64,000 nucleotides of DNA from the human T2T-CHM13v2.0 reference genome, Homo sapiens (GCF_009914755.1 NC_060927.1); one strand, 5' to 3'; counted from the stretch's first letter, positions 24,885-38,794 are shown. Notes: generated by a model from the letters alone, not told the origin. Program-made: numbers and translations.

Positions 24885-25141
24885 TGAGGCAGTGTAGCAA
24901 AGTGGTTAGGGGCACAACTCTGGAGCCAGCCAGCCTTGGTTTCAATGCTGGTTCTGTCATGTACTTGTGGTGTGATCTTGGGAAAGTTACCAAATGCCTG
25001 AGTTCCTCAGTTTGCTTATCTCTAATATGGAATGATAATGACAGTGTCATCTTTTACGGTTGTTGTTAAGATTCAATGGTGATAAGTTCTTAGTACAGTG
25101 CCGGCCCATAGTAAGTGCTGTATGTGTTGATCATATTATTA
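24885..25141 (+). mobile_element. MIR SINE, near full length
   Basis: agtggttaggggcacaactctggagccag...gtgtgatcttgggaaagttac...cctcagtttgcttatctctaatatggaatgataat...cttagtacagtgccggcccatagtaagtgct. Confidence 0.9.
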
Positions 25142-25857
25142 TATATCACAGCTCTTAAAATACAGAGATTGTCTTGAAGACAATTATTCATCTTCTCACT
25201 CTTTTTTCCCCATTAGCCACTAGCTAACTTGGAAGTGTGTAGTAATAAGGCCAGATGACTAAATGGAAAGCAAAAGTTATCTTTTAAGCATGAGCAAAAT
25301 TATGAACAATCTATAGAGTGATTAAAGTTGTGATTCAGTAATAACAATTTAAAGAAATTTATCAATAGCAAATGTAAAAATAATTTAAATCAAGAATTAG
25401 TTTCAATCAAGAAAATTTCAGATTTTATTTTATTATTCATTTATATTTGTTATATCTGTGGATCTGTTTTATTTATGTTCATGAGGACCTGTTTGGTCTG
25501 AAAGTAATTTAAGATAGCTTACAAAGAAGCATATTATATATAGTAAAATGATATTAAATTTAAATTAATAGGAAAAGTTAGATAAATGGAAAACAAAGGT
25601 AGAAAAGAAGGAGATGGTGTTTTGAATATGAAATTGTATCTTGAATCCCCCATGCTTGCTACAAGTGGTAATGAGAGTGGTAATATAATTCAAGAAGATG
25701 ATTGTGTAAAACAAACTGGTTGCTTAGGCAGAGGACATCCATTATTGATACTGTGATAAGAGTAATTTCTGCCATGTTGCTCAGTTTCAGTATTCACCAG
25801 AATCTTAAGCATTAAACTTGAATATTAAACCAGGAACTTGGAATATGGTCTTTAATA

Positions 25858-26010
25858 AATTCATGCAGTAATTGTTTATTGAAATAGTTTCTGACCCACA
25901 GAAATTATTGTGTTAGGTGCTACAGAGAAGAGAGACATGTCTCAAACTATCCCTGCTCTTGAATAATATGCATTAAAGAAAGAATATAAGTAATACATTA
26001 ATAAACTACA
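25858..26010 (-). mobile_element. L2 fragment
   Basis: tgtttattgaa...ttgtgttaggtgctacagag...tccctgctcttgaa. Confidence 0.5.
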
Positions 26011-26015
26011 TTCAT

Positions 26016-26268
26016 CAGGAGGCTGAAGCCAGAGGATCACGTGACGCTAGCAGTTCAAGACCAGCCTGGGCAATACAGTGAGACCCTCTCTCAAGCAACA
26101 ACAGAAATTAGCTGGGCATGGTGGTGCGCAGCTGCAGTCCTAGCTTCCTGGGAGGCTGAGGCAGGAGGACTGCTTGAGCTCAGGAGTTTGAGGCTTCAGT
26201 GACCTATATGATCTGTTACTCCAGCCTGGGTGACAGAGAGAGACACTATCTTTAAAAAAATTAATAGA
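26016..26268 (+). mobile_element. AluJ, 5'-truncated
   Basis: gaccagcctgggcaatacagtgagaccc and ggaggactgcttgagctcaggagtttgaggct (AluJ type); first ~40 nt absent. Confidence 0.92.
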
Positions 26269-26580
<312 letters not shown>

Positions 26581-27044
26581 GTTCAAAGTAGATAGTGATG
26601 ATGAGAGGTACACGTGTGGTGTTAAAAGTAGCTCCCCATTTATATCTTACCGCATTCTGTGGACCACCCCACAGAAGATATTGTAACAAATAAAATCTTT
26701 ATACTTTCTAACATATTAACTCTTTTAATTTCTTAATGGTGGCTTTTAAATACTTAATGATTCTTTTATGTGGATTTCAAAAGCCAGACAGTGCAGTATC
26801 CATGCATAGCCACCCAGGACTACTAAAGGTCATAGTGGAGAAGACTTGTCATAAATATTATAATCCCATGGATAATTCTGTCCTTTAACTCTGTATGCAA
26901 CTTAGATCATAAACTTGCAAAGTGGATGCCAAGCCTCATATTAGTTCTTCATCTCAATTTGTCAAAAATTGATTTCACCAAGTTCAGAGAGAGAGAAAAT
27001 AAAGCACAAATGCACTGTTTTCCTAGAGGGCATGTGCATATTTT

Positions 27045-28030
27045 CTATACATTCGTTCAACATTATTAAACATTTATTATATTATGGGAATGGTACTGAG
27101 CATGGAATTATAACAAAAGTAAATTTTTTAAAATTTTCCTCAAGGAAAATAATTTATTGTTTAGGTGGAGAGACAGATATATAAACGAATAGTTATAGCA
27201 ATGAGAGAAGTACAGATAGACATTTGTAAGAAGGGAAAAGGCAAGCTCTGCCTAGCAGGATAGAGAAAAGGCCACATTGAACTGGCGTTTGAATTTCCTC
27301 TTGAAAGATGTGCATTTTGCCAAGTGGAGATTGTACAATAGGAATGATATTCATCCTGGTTAGGAAATGTTCTTGGAGCACCTCCCAGCCTTTCGGTCTA
27401 ATATTTCCTGAGTACCTCTCAAGGATTCAGTGTGGGATTAGGTGATGTGGTAATTATAAAGAAATAGAAGCCTTGTTACTCGTCTTCAGAATGTTTACTC
27501 ATAAGGGGTAGTAAATTTCCCTCCCCACACTTTCAACAGTGATTAAGAGGTCATGACTGTCAGTCCTAAATTGTGTGTCACGTCATAAATTCTGTAGATT
27601 AGAGAGCATGATCATGTAATTCACAGCAACCAGGGCAAGCCTCACAGATGGGGTAAGGCCTAATCTGTTCCTTGGAAACTGGGATGAGGTTTGGATGTGG
27701 GAGAGAGAATGCTTTAACAGTCAAGCCACAAACCTGTATTGAGGGCCTACCATGTGTCAGGCTCATGAATAAAGAAGCAGCATGGGAGTGGGGAAAAAAC
27801 TGGGATTGAGGTTACATGTGTTTGTGGAAAAACCTGGCTGGACTAGTGAGTTTGAGGTGAGGGATGGCGGGCAATAAGTATAGAGTGAAACGAGTTTGGG
27901 CAAGAAAACTGCAGCTAGATTAAAAGGTGCTCTGAAGGACAGGCAGTGGCTTTTGGGTTTGGCATTTATGAAAATGGGGAGTCACCAAAGGTTTTTGAGT
28001 ATGGGAGAGAGCTGCTGAAAGAAGTACACA
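27045..28030 (-). mobile_element. L2 LINE fragments
   Basis: cattcgttcaacattattaaacatttatt, taatatttcctgagtacct, ggggagtcaccaaaggtttttgagtatgggaga. Confidence 0.55.
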
Positions 28031-28059
28031 AATAAAAGTAACCTTCTTTAGGGAAGTTA

Positions 28060-28515
28060 CATTGGAACAGCTGGAAGGGCTTGTAGAGATCCCTTTACTC
28101 ACTACCCCATCTGAATATCCTTCAGATGGCCATCATTTGACTGAAAAGGCAATGAAGGCCCACAGAGGTTATAGGATTTGCTTAAGACAAATAGAGTAAT
28201 CTTGTCTCCATTTCAGGCTCCTTCTTTTGATCTTAACAGTGTGTGTGTTCTAGGCTGGGTGGATGGACAGTAAAGGGAGTAGGAGCATCGAGGTCCAGGA
28301 CCAGCCAGGCTGAATGAGAGGGCAAACAGGAAGCAGCCGTGACCCAGATTATGTTACAGCCATAGAATGAGCATATTAGAACTCGTAGAAGACCTAAATG
28401 CCATCCAGCCTTATCCTATTGCTTTGCAGAGAGGGACAGTTGAGGGCCCAGAGGGAAAGTGACTCACACAACAGAGCGATCTAATGACCTGACTTTAAGT
28501 CCAGCTATTTTCCCT
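28060..28515 (-). mobile_element. Two MIR/MIR3 fragments (about 28060-28200 and 28355-28515)
   Basis: agctggaagggcttgtagagatc...gaaggcccacagaggttataggatttgcttaagac; catagaat...gaagacctaaatgccatccagcc...gagggcccagagggaaagtgactc. Confidence 0.6.
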
Positions 28516-28703
28516 GTGTCCACCTCCCTTCCTCCTTCAGATTCTATGGTTGTGTGGATGGGCTCTATTTTCTGTCCCCAGCTAGTTACCTGTTCATGCA
28601 CTACACCCCTTGGATCCTCTGTTAAAGAGAGACTTAGTAATTGGGATACCTGCGCTGCCGATGGATTTGCCACATCTATTCTGTTCTCAGGTTGTATGTT
28701 GTT

Positions 28704-28754
28704 TGTGTGTGTGTGCTTGTGTGTGTGCATGTGTGTGTGTGTGTGTGAGAGAGA
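28704..28754 (+). repeat. Imperfect (TG)n-(AG)n microsatellite
   Basis: tgtgtgtgtgtgcttgtgtgtgtgcatgtgtgtgtgtgtgtgtgagagaga. Confidence 0.9.
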
Positions 28755-31117
28755 TGTGCTACAAAAAGAAAGCTAAGGGAGGCATGCAGAAGACTGCACC
28801 AGAATGAGTTTGTACCTTTATCCAAAAAAGCCACAGTTTCCTTCATTCTTTCTCCTCCCTAGAAGGAGACCAGTTCTTATAGCTGCAGAGAAGGGTAGGG
28901 AATGACAGTAGGAAAGGGGCATTGCTAGAGTCAGAGGCACAGGTGGCATGAGAAGTGCAGACCAGTCAGAAACAAGGCCCATCACACTCTTACCCTCAGC
29001 CCTGTGCTCTGGGATCCTCTCTGTGATCCTGATCGTGATCGTGTAAGGGTAAGAAGTTGGGAGGAAGGAACCTCAGCAACATCTCCTCTCTTGCCCTACT
29101 GAACTCTGGAAGCCACGTTGTTTTCCAGGAGAGGTGGAGGAGGTCAGGGCCTAGCTAATATCTGGTGCTGCTGGAGAAGATGCTTTCCAAATGGACAGTT
29201 AAGAAGAGTGACGAAGGTATTTAAGAAATTTAGCCACAAAAGCACTTGTAAATAGTGTTAAAAGGCAGTGGGAAAGAGATATTTAGATTTGGTAATTTAA
29301 AAAAGTCAATGCACACCTATATGAATAAAGTTTTGAGTAGCCTCTCCCCTGCCCCTAAGAATTCGGACATTTATTTAACTGTGGCCCGAATAGTGAATGG
29401 AGATGTACATTTTAGCCTTCAGGGATCAACAAATGAGTCCTTAAAGAAACAACAGGCCTCTAAATAACTAAGGGAAGATCAATATAAAATTATTCCTGAG
29501 TATAAATAATAAAATATAGTTGAAAAATTAAATTACCTTATCAGAACTTTGGTTGTTCTAGCAAATATTTTTTGCACAGTATAAAATTCCAGAATGCACA
29601 CTTAAGGCCGTTCAGCTATTTACATGCTAATATACATTTATTATTAATGTGCACATTGAAATATTTTTTTCTCATTTAAGGTATATGTATATGTTTATAA
29701 TAGAGTGAATATCCCTGAACTCCATTCACACAACGTACAGTATTTTTTCATTCATTTAAACTAAGATTTATCTATATAGTTTATATTTTATATTTGGGGA
29801 AAGCTAAGTAGCAGAAATTTTATAACATAGACAATGATATTCACATATTCAGATCTACAACTCAGCCCTCACTGCTTTACACATGTAATTAGGTTGTTTC
29901 CATGGTAATGATCTAATTATGGGCTTCTCCTTGGCCTTGTGTAATCACATTTGCTGCGTTTTGGCAGAGATGTTTTCCTTATTTTGTTGAACTGCAACAC
30001 TTGACAAGATGTTCTCTCTTAAGATGAATAATGATTTTTCTTGGGAGACAAAAACAAAAAACGAAATAACACCATCAAAGTTGATTTGAGAGGGATTATA
30101 GGTATTTGACAAATCATGCCAGTAATAAAATATCTATTACCCTTGAAAGCATACTCTATTTTTATCTTTGTGTGTGTTATTACTGATGGAAATCATAGGA
30201 GGTTCTCATTTTAAAAAACCATGTGTGCTATTTAAATATATGATTTTCATGGGGCCCAGAGGCTTGAAGGAAAAGAGATGTTAGGCCAGAGAAGAGAAAG
30301 CTCCTGAGAGCTTTGTAGAAAGAGAACTGGAGACTGTATTCAGTGAGAATATTATATTGCAATTGACAAAGCTATTCATGAAAAGATATTTGGTTATGGT
30401 TGCCATGGCAGTAGGAAACACCTGAAAAAAATCAATTAAGACTTATCTTGGCAGGGATTCAAATGCAATCCTTTATGCACGTGCAGAAGAAGACAGGAGA
30501 TGTAAATACTTGCAGAAAGACAGCTTTATCATCACGTGGTCCCCTCAGAAAAACCCTGGAATATGAGAAAAATAAAAGTTTAGCTCTTTTATGTGCATAA
30601 AATGACACTGTGCTATAAAGCATTTTTTATAGGAAACTCATTCTTACAGTGGAAAGGATGCATATAATGGGTGGTGCAGGCTTATTGTTTTAGGGTTAGC
30701 AAGAAGGTGTGTGGGCTCCAATGTCACAGTGCCCAAGGTCCAGATACCTGGTATTCAGGGGCTGGGAATTCAAAGCTTGCTTCTTCAACTATTATGGAGA
30801 CAGCTTCAAATCCAAAATTAGTGGACCAGATGTCTAAGAGTCCAGAATGTTGAAACTGCTTTCTGAGTATCATTTTGTGGGAATAGGGTGGGTGGATATA
30901 GTTTTTGGTAACCTAATTTATTAAAGGGCATAGATATAGCATGATGCTTGGGAATAATAATGTTAATAACCTGATTTTCAATTTATAGCAAACCAACCCC
31001 TATGAAATATTATACGGCTTGGTTTTAGGCTTATATAGTGTTATTTTCTCAGGGGGGAAATGATATTCATAGGATGTTTAGTAATTATAGGCAATTAACA
31101 AGAAATTTTTAATTTAA

Positions 31118-31660
31118 TGTATTTATTTATTTATTGAAAAAATATTTATTTACTACTTATCACGTGTCAGGCACAGTACAAGGGCCTGGGAATAGAGCAG
31201 TGAATCAGAAAGACATGATTGCTGCTCTCAAGTTTTTTATCATTTTATAGAGAAAGTGGCGAAAACAAACAAATAAAGAAACAAACAAACAAAGAAAAAA
31301 GGCCAATTTCAATTCTGGCCTAAGCAGTGTTAAGTAGGGAAATGTAGGGTCCAAGGAGAACAAAGAGGAGGGTGGTGTCTGACAGGGTGACATTCATTCT
31401 AGCAGAGGGAACAGAGACCAAAGACAACATGGAACATGGACCCAACATCACAGATCAACTCCAAACAGGACAGTGTGATGGGATCCTGTGGAGTATAAGT
31501 GGGAATGATGAGAGGTGAGACAGGCAGGCAAGCAAGACCAGAGAGTTGAAGTGCTAGTAAACTACACTGACAAGCTTGGCCCCTCAGCCCAACCAGAATC
31601 CATTCAAAGGTCTCAAGCAAGGGAGCAACATGGCCTGATTTGCAATACCTGCTGCTGTTA
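31118..31660 (-). mobile_element. L2 LINE 3' region
   Basis: aatatttatttactacttatcacgtgtcaggcacagtacaagggcctgggaatagagcagtgaatcagaaagacatg. Confidence 0.7.
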
Positions 31661-32959
31661 GCTTTAGTGGTTTTGAAGCAGTGATTTTGGAAAAATCAAT
31701 CGAATGATTTTCATTCTGAAGTATTTTGGCTGCTAACTGGGACTTCCATTGTGTGGTCTAAGGTGAGTTACTTTACCTCTCTAGTATCCCGTGTTTTCCT
31801 CTACATGGGCCCTTTTAGCTTTGTTTCTCTATGATGCGATTTCTCAGTTGTGTTTGTTTTTTGTTGATAGACACACTTGCTTACAGTGTGACTACACATG
31901 CACCCAGGAGTGAATTATCTTTGATTACTTGAAGTTCTGCCCTATCCACCAGCTGGCTGGTCTAAAACCCTTTAAACTCCTTTACTCTCACCATGAGGTC
32001 TTGCCTCCCAGTAGGATTAAGCCAGGAGGGCAACCGCGCCTGTCAGGGAGAAGGATGTGGGTTTGCCTGAGTCACTGTGTGTGAGAGTGAATGATGGTTT
32101 TAGGAAGTAGCCATAAAGCATTGGGAGAATGGCTGTGAATGGCTTTCATATTCTCTGCTCTGTTTTTGATTACACCAAAGACAGCTTGTTATTGAGTAGC
32201 TTATAGCATGTGGCTATGTTTTAAGTACTTGAGTAACACAGTCAAAATAAACCAGCTCACTCTGTTTGGTGAGCAAGTCTAACAAACATATAAAGAACAT
32301 AAATGTACTTCTTGTAAGTCACAAATATATCTAGAAGTTAAAAGGAAGATCAGAATATGTTAGTTGGTCTTAGAATAAACTTTCCCTTAAGGGTTTGGTT
32401 TATAATGTGGGCGTGAAATTCAGTTTTCTTATGAACAATTTTACATTATCGTTAATAATGAACAATTTGTTAAGTATTAGCATCAACAATGTGATATAAA
32501 TAACACTGTGTGTTTGATGTTGGTGTACAGGTGATTGGTGTACTGAAGAAAGGTAACGATGTATTTATTCAGTGTTGCTATGTATCTAATATAAATTAGG
32601 TATTTGGCATAATCAGATGAAAAAACTGTTGCGCAGAAGTTCATTCTATAATGCACGTTAATTATTGCATAGTATAATAAGTATGGTATAAAATATACTT
32701 AATGGAACACAGGTAATGGCATTTAGCCTAGCTTTGTAGGTTAGGGTAAGAGGTAGTTAGCGGTGGGATTGTTACCTGTTTCTCCAATATTCTTAATCAT
32801 TCAAGTCTAATTCCAGTCTAACTATGCCATATAAAAATCCCAAAGTAACCATGAGAATTTAGACATTAAGGGAAAATGAAATATTTAAAAGAATCCCTTG
32901 AATCTGGTCTTGTTGGGTTTCTTTCTGTAAAAATGAAGAGAATGTTCTGACTGGTCACT

Positions 32960-33087
32960 TAGTCATTCGTTCCTTCACTCAACATGTTCAAGTCTCTATG
33001 TTCCAGGCACTCTTCCTGGGCCTGTGGTTACAGAGATAAACAAGACTGACAAGGTCTTGGCTGTCATGGAGCCTAACTTCTAGGGGA
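32960..33087 (-). mobile_element. L2 3' end fragment
   Basis: tcattcgttccttcactcaac...ctatgttccaggcact...aacaagactgacaaggtcttggctgtcatggagcctaacttctag. Confidence 0.75.
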
Positions 33088-33159
33088 TCCCATGACTTAA
33101 GAACTCTACCTCCTCTCTTACATGAAAAAACAATCTTGTATTAAAATCAGACCTCTGTT

Positions 33160-33390
33160 AGATCTTGGAACAGTAAAAGTACATCAGTGGAAGAAATGGA
33201 ATCTGAATAAATTTTGTAGTTTAGTAAACAGTATTGTAGCAATGTTAATTTCTCAGCTTTGATAATTGTATGATGGTTATGCAAAATGTCGACATTAAGG
33301 GAAGCTGGGTGAAGGCTCTAAGAAAATCCTCTGTACTATTTTGCAACTCTTCTGTATGTCTAACATCGTCTCAAAAAAGAAAAAAAAATC
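33160..33390 (+). mobile_element. L1MC/MD 3' end
   Basis: agtattgtagcaatgttaatttctcagctttgataattgta...gggaagctgggtgaagg...ctctgtactattttgcaactcttctgta followed by an A-rich tail. Confidence 0.85.
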
Positions 33391-35714
33391 CTAACACTAA
33401 ACAAATAAAAAACCTTGGGCCTTGATTATTTTACTTATGTATTTACAATGTACAATATCAGATCCTGTTAGGAAGTTTAACAAAAAATAACCCTGTGGGC
33501 AGCAGTGTACGTGAGTGCCAAGAAATGTTGGCTGAACTAGATTATTCACTGAAGATTAATCAAAATATTCCCGTCTTCCACAATTAATTTTGAAGATTCT
33601 ACATGTTTGGATTGCCACCAAAACAAAAAGTGCCAAAATAGCACTGTCGTACACAGCTTTGTTACCTAAGAGACTGAAATGTAGCTCAAGTGTCCAGCTT
33701 GTTTCTTTAATGTGCATTAGGCGAGGCCCACATATCCACAGAAGTCATATAAATGAGCCACTTACAAGGCTTACCAATTCTTGCTCAATACCACAAAGAC
33801 TGTGTGTCAAAGAGAATGGTTGTAAATTAAAGCTGACACACGGCAGCTGTGACCGTAGTCAGTGTCAAATCCCAGTTTGTTTTCTTGTCTTTCAGATAAG
33901 CTCAGTGAGTTGATCAATAAATCCAGATAATTACTACTATTAGAAATGTTAAAAGTGTTTTCTTCTTTCTTGGCCTGTATAATTTCCTCTGGGGTATCAT
34001 GACTGCTGGTCCAGTCTCACCGGGGTACATATTTCATTCAACCCAGTGACTACCACCTAAGGCACTGTGGCTCAGCCCAACACCCTTTTCCTTGAGTTCA
34101 CCTTCTTGCCCATCAAATGCCTCTTGAACTGGCCTGGGGCCTTGGCTGTGGCAGCCTGTTTGCACTGCAGAGCGTGGTCTCAGACTTTGGATTGCTCTAA
34201 GAATTGTCATTCTCTTCAGGGGCTGAAATCCTCACATTTTAACATCATTATGTATATTTTGTCTTGGATCAAATTGATTAATGAATGATAGATTACCCCA
34301 AATCTCGCTCTGGTGTGGAGCTTTCCATCTGTCTTATTTTTTTCAGTGAACATCTTTCCAAATTTCAGCCTCTTCTCCACCCACCCCCCACCGTAGCGCC
34401 CTGCCTCCTCTCCATTTGCCTCCTCTTACCTTTCTGCTGTATCTTTTTCCTTATTCTCCTTTTTTGTTCTCCACCAAATATCTTCAGAGAACCTCACTGT
34501 GCCTGGAGCAGAGTTAGGTCCTGGGGACACAAAGATGAATGGGACGCACTCTCTGCTTATCAGGTGTGTACCTCTTGGCTGTCACCCTCTCCTGGCCATG
34601 CTCTCCCTGTCCCTGCCTGATGGGGGGTGGGCCTGACTCCTCCTTGGCATCTTCCCCTCTCTCTCCATACACTGTAAACCTCCGTTTACACCAGACAGTC
34701 TCTAAGGTAACACACTGATGAGGAATAACTGTCAAACAGCATGAAGATATTTAATGATGGCTTAAAAAGAGCCTGGGAATAAAGTCATATGAGAAATTGG
34801 TTACATATTTAATTTAGGAAAGATTGTTACAGTATCAGGGGAGAAAAGGAAGAAAATACATTGCTTCCCATAAAAATGCAGTAAAAGATAAAGCACAAAC
34901 AGCCCCTCTGTATGTTGAAATATTGTCATTCTGTGATTAAAGGGAAGCAAGGTGTTTTCTGTTCAGCACTTGTGCCAGGGAGGCGTGGGGGAGGGATAAA
35001 GGCATCCGGGCTACAAGTTTGAATTTCTAGAGCTCTGAGGAAATTAAAATGCAAACAAAGAATAGTGAGATTCTGAGGCTTTTCAGAGGAGGAGTCCAGT
35101 ACTTGGTGAGCCAGATGGGCCATGAAATGAACTTAAATTTCAGGCCATTTGACACCTCTCGATTTTCCTCAGCTTGACAGCACTAATAGGAAACAAGGTC
35201 ACATCATTTTTTTTTTCAATGTACAAAAACTTATATTATGTGTTTTCTACCCCGAGAATCTAAGAAAAGAACCATCTTGCAAATGAGTCAGCCTGGAGTA
35301 TCCAGATAGCTCAGTCAATTTTTGGCTCTGTGCTTTAGCACATTTCCTTAATGGGGTGGATTGCGCTTGTGTGTAAGGCATCAAAAAGTGGCAGGCATTT
35401 CCTAGTCCATCACTCATTTGAGCTACTGAACCTGGAATCAATAAATATTCCATTACTGCATTATTTATGGCCAACTATAAACAATTTCTATCATTAAATC
35501 TTTGCCTTTTAGTTGTTCCTCATTAGCAAGGGATCAATTTCAGATCCCAGTCTAGGTCGTGCCCAGAATTAAAGAAGAGCAATGTGTGAGAATGTTTATT
35601 CATATACATATTTATATTTTATATTAAAATAGATGCATGATGAAAATTATTTCTGCATCTAATATTTTCATAGTGTTTCAGTTCCAAAAGTCACCTTGAA
35701 CTTCAGTTCGGATG

Positions 35715-35900
35715 TGGTGGTGGCTTGGGAAAAGCACTGGACAGCATTTAGACGAGTTTGGGTTCTTACATCTCCAAATCTCCAGTAACCAGCTGTGTGC
35801 TTTCAAGTGAATCATTTGCCCCAGTTTCTTCATCTGTAAAACGAGTGGATTAGAATGGATGATGCCTAAGTTTTTCTTTAGGTCGTAAATTCAGTGAATG
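35715..35900 (+). mobile_element. MIR3/MIRc SINE
   Basis: gaaaagcactggac...accagctgtgtg...cagtttcttcatctgtaaaacgagtggattagaatggatgat. Confidence 0.7.
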
Positions 35901-36304
35901 GAAGAGGATTGTAGAAAGGAGCAGTAGATGACATGTGGGAACAGGGTCATTTGCAAATGTGCAGAATTCGTATTACGGGAGTGATAATGCTGGTCATTGT
36001 CTTGAGTCTGAGTGCCCTCTGGGAGATCTGCATTCAGTGATTAACTGTTTTCTTGTATGAGGAGTCATTCTGTCTGGGAGGACATCAGTCTAACCAGAGA
36101 CGGGAGACTGTCTGTGAGCTGGAGATATTGAGGACATGTTTTTTTGTTTTGCTTTTTGTGAGAATTTGAATGCTTTGGATGGGCTTGCACTATAGTTTAC
36201 TACAGTTCCCACCACTTGGCCTCCTTTACTCCTGACCTCTCCGCCCCAGAGGTATTTGAATTGGTAACACCTAGTCCAAGTAACTCGGAAGGCAGAGCTG
36301 GGCA

Positions 36305-36690
36305 GTCACTCAGGCAGCAGTTACTGAGCACCTACCATGTGCCAGGCACAGTGGGTGGCACTCGGGATACCAAGGGAGACATGTTGGGTGCAACTTCTCC
36401 CCAGCAGAGCATACACGCTAGCGAGGAACATGGAACACATGTCTTTTTACAAACACTTAGATAATTACAAGTGTGCTAAGAGCTGCAAAGGAGCGTGTAG
36501 TGTGCTGTGCCTGGGTATAACAGGAGCATCTAATTGAGTCTAGGAGTAAGGGAAGACTTCCCCAAGAAAGGAGTTTTTAAGCTGAGACATAAAATATAAG
36601 ACAAGACTATTCAATAGAGACTATCAGAGAAAATGTTGGGAGAGAGAGGCAGAACAAGTTCGAAAATAAAGAGGTGATGTCTTGAGCAAG
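36305..36690 (-). mobile_element. L2 3' region
   Basis: ttactgagcacctaccatgtgccaggcacagtg...agggaagacttccccaagaaagg...taagctgagac. Confidence 0.7.
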
Positions 36691-36774
36691 ATTAACATGG
36701 ATTAGCAAACACATCTCTGTGCTTGTTTCTTCGAAATTCATCAATAAAAGACTATGAAGAAAACAAAAAAGGGA

Positions 36775-37160
36775 TTCCTCATCCTTTCTTCTGAAACTCG
36801 CTCCCTGCCCATTTAGGTCGGTGACTGATTCATAGATTCTCCCTTACCTGTCTGGCAGCCTAGGAGTTGTCCTTGCCTCTTCTTTGCCATCTCACTGCAC
36901 AGCTCTCTGGTCTCCAAATCAGTCTCACTTCTACTTTCCTTACGTTTTACTTGCTCCCCTTCTTGTTTCAAAGCCCTCACACCTGTACAATTGATCTTTC
37001 CCACTGGAGTCTGAGCTACTGTCTTTGCCCATAAGGGTCCCCATTCCTTATCTAGTTTAGGACACATCTTCCTAAAATACATCCTTACACTGCCTGACCT
37101 TTTCAAGAGCTGCCTCTGGTCTCCTGTCATCTAAAGCACAAATGCTCAATCTCTTAATCT
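36775..37160 (+). mobile_element. L2 internal fragment
   Basis: cctaggagttgtccttgcctcttct...atcttcctaaaatacatcc...tctaaagcacaaatgctcaatctctt. Confidence 0.5.
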
Positions 37161-37446
37161 TCTGCCGAGAGCACTGAAGCACATGAGAACTTACGCACCT
37201 GAGTTCTTCAGTCCGGCCACTCTGGAGTATGCAGATGATGTAGTATCGTGAGTGAGCATTTTGGAAGAGAAAAACAGTGTAGCTACAACAGACGTTTGGA
37301 AGAATTACATGATTCTTTAACCCCAGTACTCTAGTACACTAGTGATTTTCTTTCCTATACTGTATATTCTTTTTGTTCATGTGCACATATATGTAACAGA
37401 TTTTAATTGCAATATAATAGACCCTTGAATCCTGCTTATTATACCT

Positions 37447-37979
37447 TGTGGTAGATGGTGTTTCTCAAGATAGTCGCAACAAGATTTCCCATTCATCATG
37501 CCCTTCCTCCAATATGACATTGACCCTCCTATTCAGAGGAAGGGATGATGTTCTCTCCTCTCGAATCTGAATGGGTCTGTGACTACAGCCAAAGTGATGC
37601 GACGTGACTTCTGATTCTAGGTCATAAAAAGTGATCTGGCTCTGCCTGGCTTTCCTGAGGTGCTTGATTTTGGAACTGAGGCACCATGTCATGAGGAAGC
37701 AGGAAGCACACATGGAAAGTCCTGTGTAGGTGTTCTGGGCAAGAACTCCAACTGAGAGCTCAGTCTGCAGCTGGCATCAACCACTAGACTTGCCAACATG
37801 GAAGCTTTGAGATGACTTCAGCACTAGCTACTAGCCGTCTGAAACCACCCAGAGACAGGGCTGCCCAGTTGAGCCCAGTCAACACCTAGAACTGTGAGGA
37901 ATAATGAAAAAGCAATTGTTGTTTTAAGCCACGTAGTTTTTGGATGACTTATTATTACAGCAATAGATAACCAGATACA
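37447..37979 (+). mobile_element. MaLR solo LTR, MLT1G-like
   Basis: tgtggtagat...gtgacttctgattctaggtcataaaaag...cccagttgagcccagtcaac...tgttgttttaagccac...cagcaatagataaccagataca; 5-bp TSD TACCT at 37442-37446 and 37980-37984. Confidence 0.9.
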
Positions 37980-38319
37980 TACCTCAAACCAGTAAAATAT
38001 AGACATAATTGTACATTAGAAATGTACGCTGAGAAAAAATCTCAAAAGGCAAAAGAAAGGCTTTATTACAAATATACCAACATTACTCGTAACCTGGAAA
38101 TAATGAGGACAGAAACTCAGATGTCCAATTTTTGTTTAGTTTTTATAACTAGGCACATTTGCTTTACCATCTAGCTTGTCAACTCCTTGAACACATGGAC
38201 TGTGTTTTAAACTTGACATAAGTAGGTTCCTCTCTACTGTATATTTTTTTAACAAAATAATGTATTCTATAAATTTGTTGATGATTCATTTTAATAATTT
38301 TTCAAAGGATATTTGAATT

Positions 38320-38466
38320 ATTTTATTTAATCCTTTCAAAGCCTTGTCTGATTTTACGGGTGAAGTTAAGAGCCTTCTAAGGTCATACAGGTTGCAGGGG
38401 TAGCACTGTGTCTTGTATGTACTTAGATCTGACTTCAATTCTGGGACATCTTTTACGACACCACGA
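38320..38466 (-). mobile_element. MIR fragment
   Basis: attttacgggtgaag...ctaaggtcatacag...tctgacttcaa. Confidence 0.55.
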
Positions 38467-38794
38467 GGGCTGTTTGTCCTGCAATTTCTTTCTAAGAATA
38501 TCTGTAGAAACATGATGGATATTCATGCATCTCGAGAGGACTATGTCTTTGTTCTGTAGCTTTGATGTGCTTTCAAATGGCTTTACTGTAGCTTTATAGA
38601 AACCAATAGCTCAGAACAGGACTCAAGATGGAAAAAGTGCCCATTGTTCTTGCTGAGGGCTGCATTTCCGGCTCAGTCATAATATGTAAGAAGGGCTGTA
38701 TCCTACAGATACCCTAAGGATGAAATACAAACATCATCAGTTACTCTGGTATCTTTAATAACTGATCTTTGCAAAAATTGAGAATAAGGGAAGG

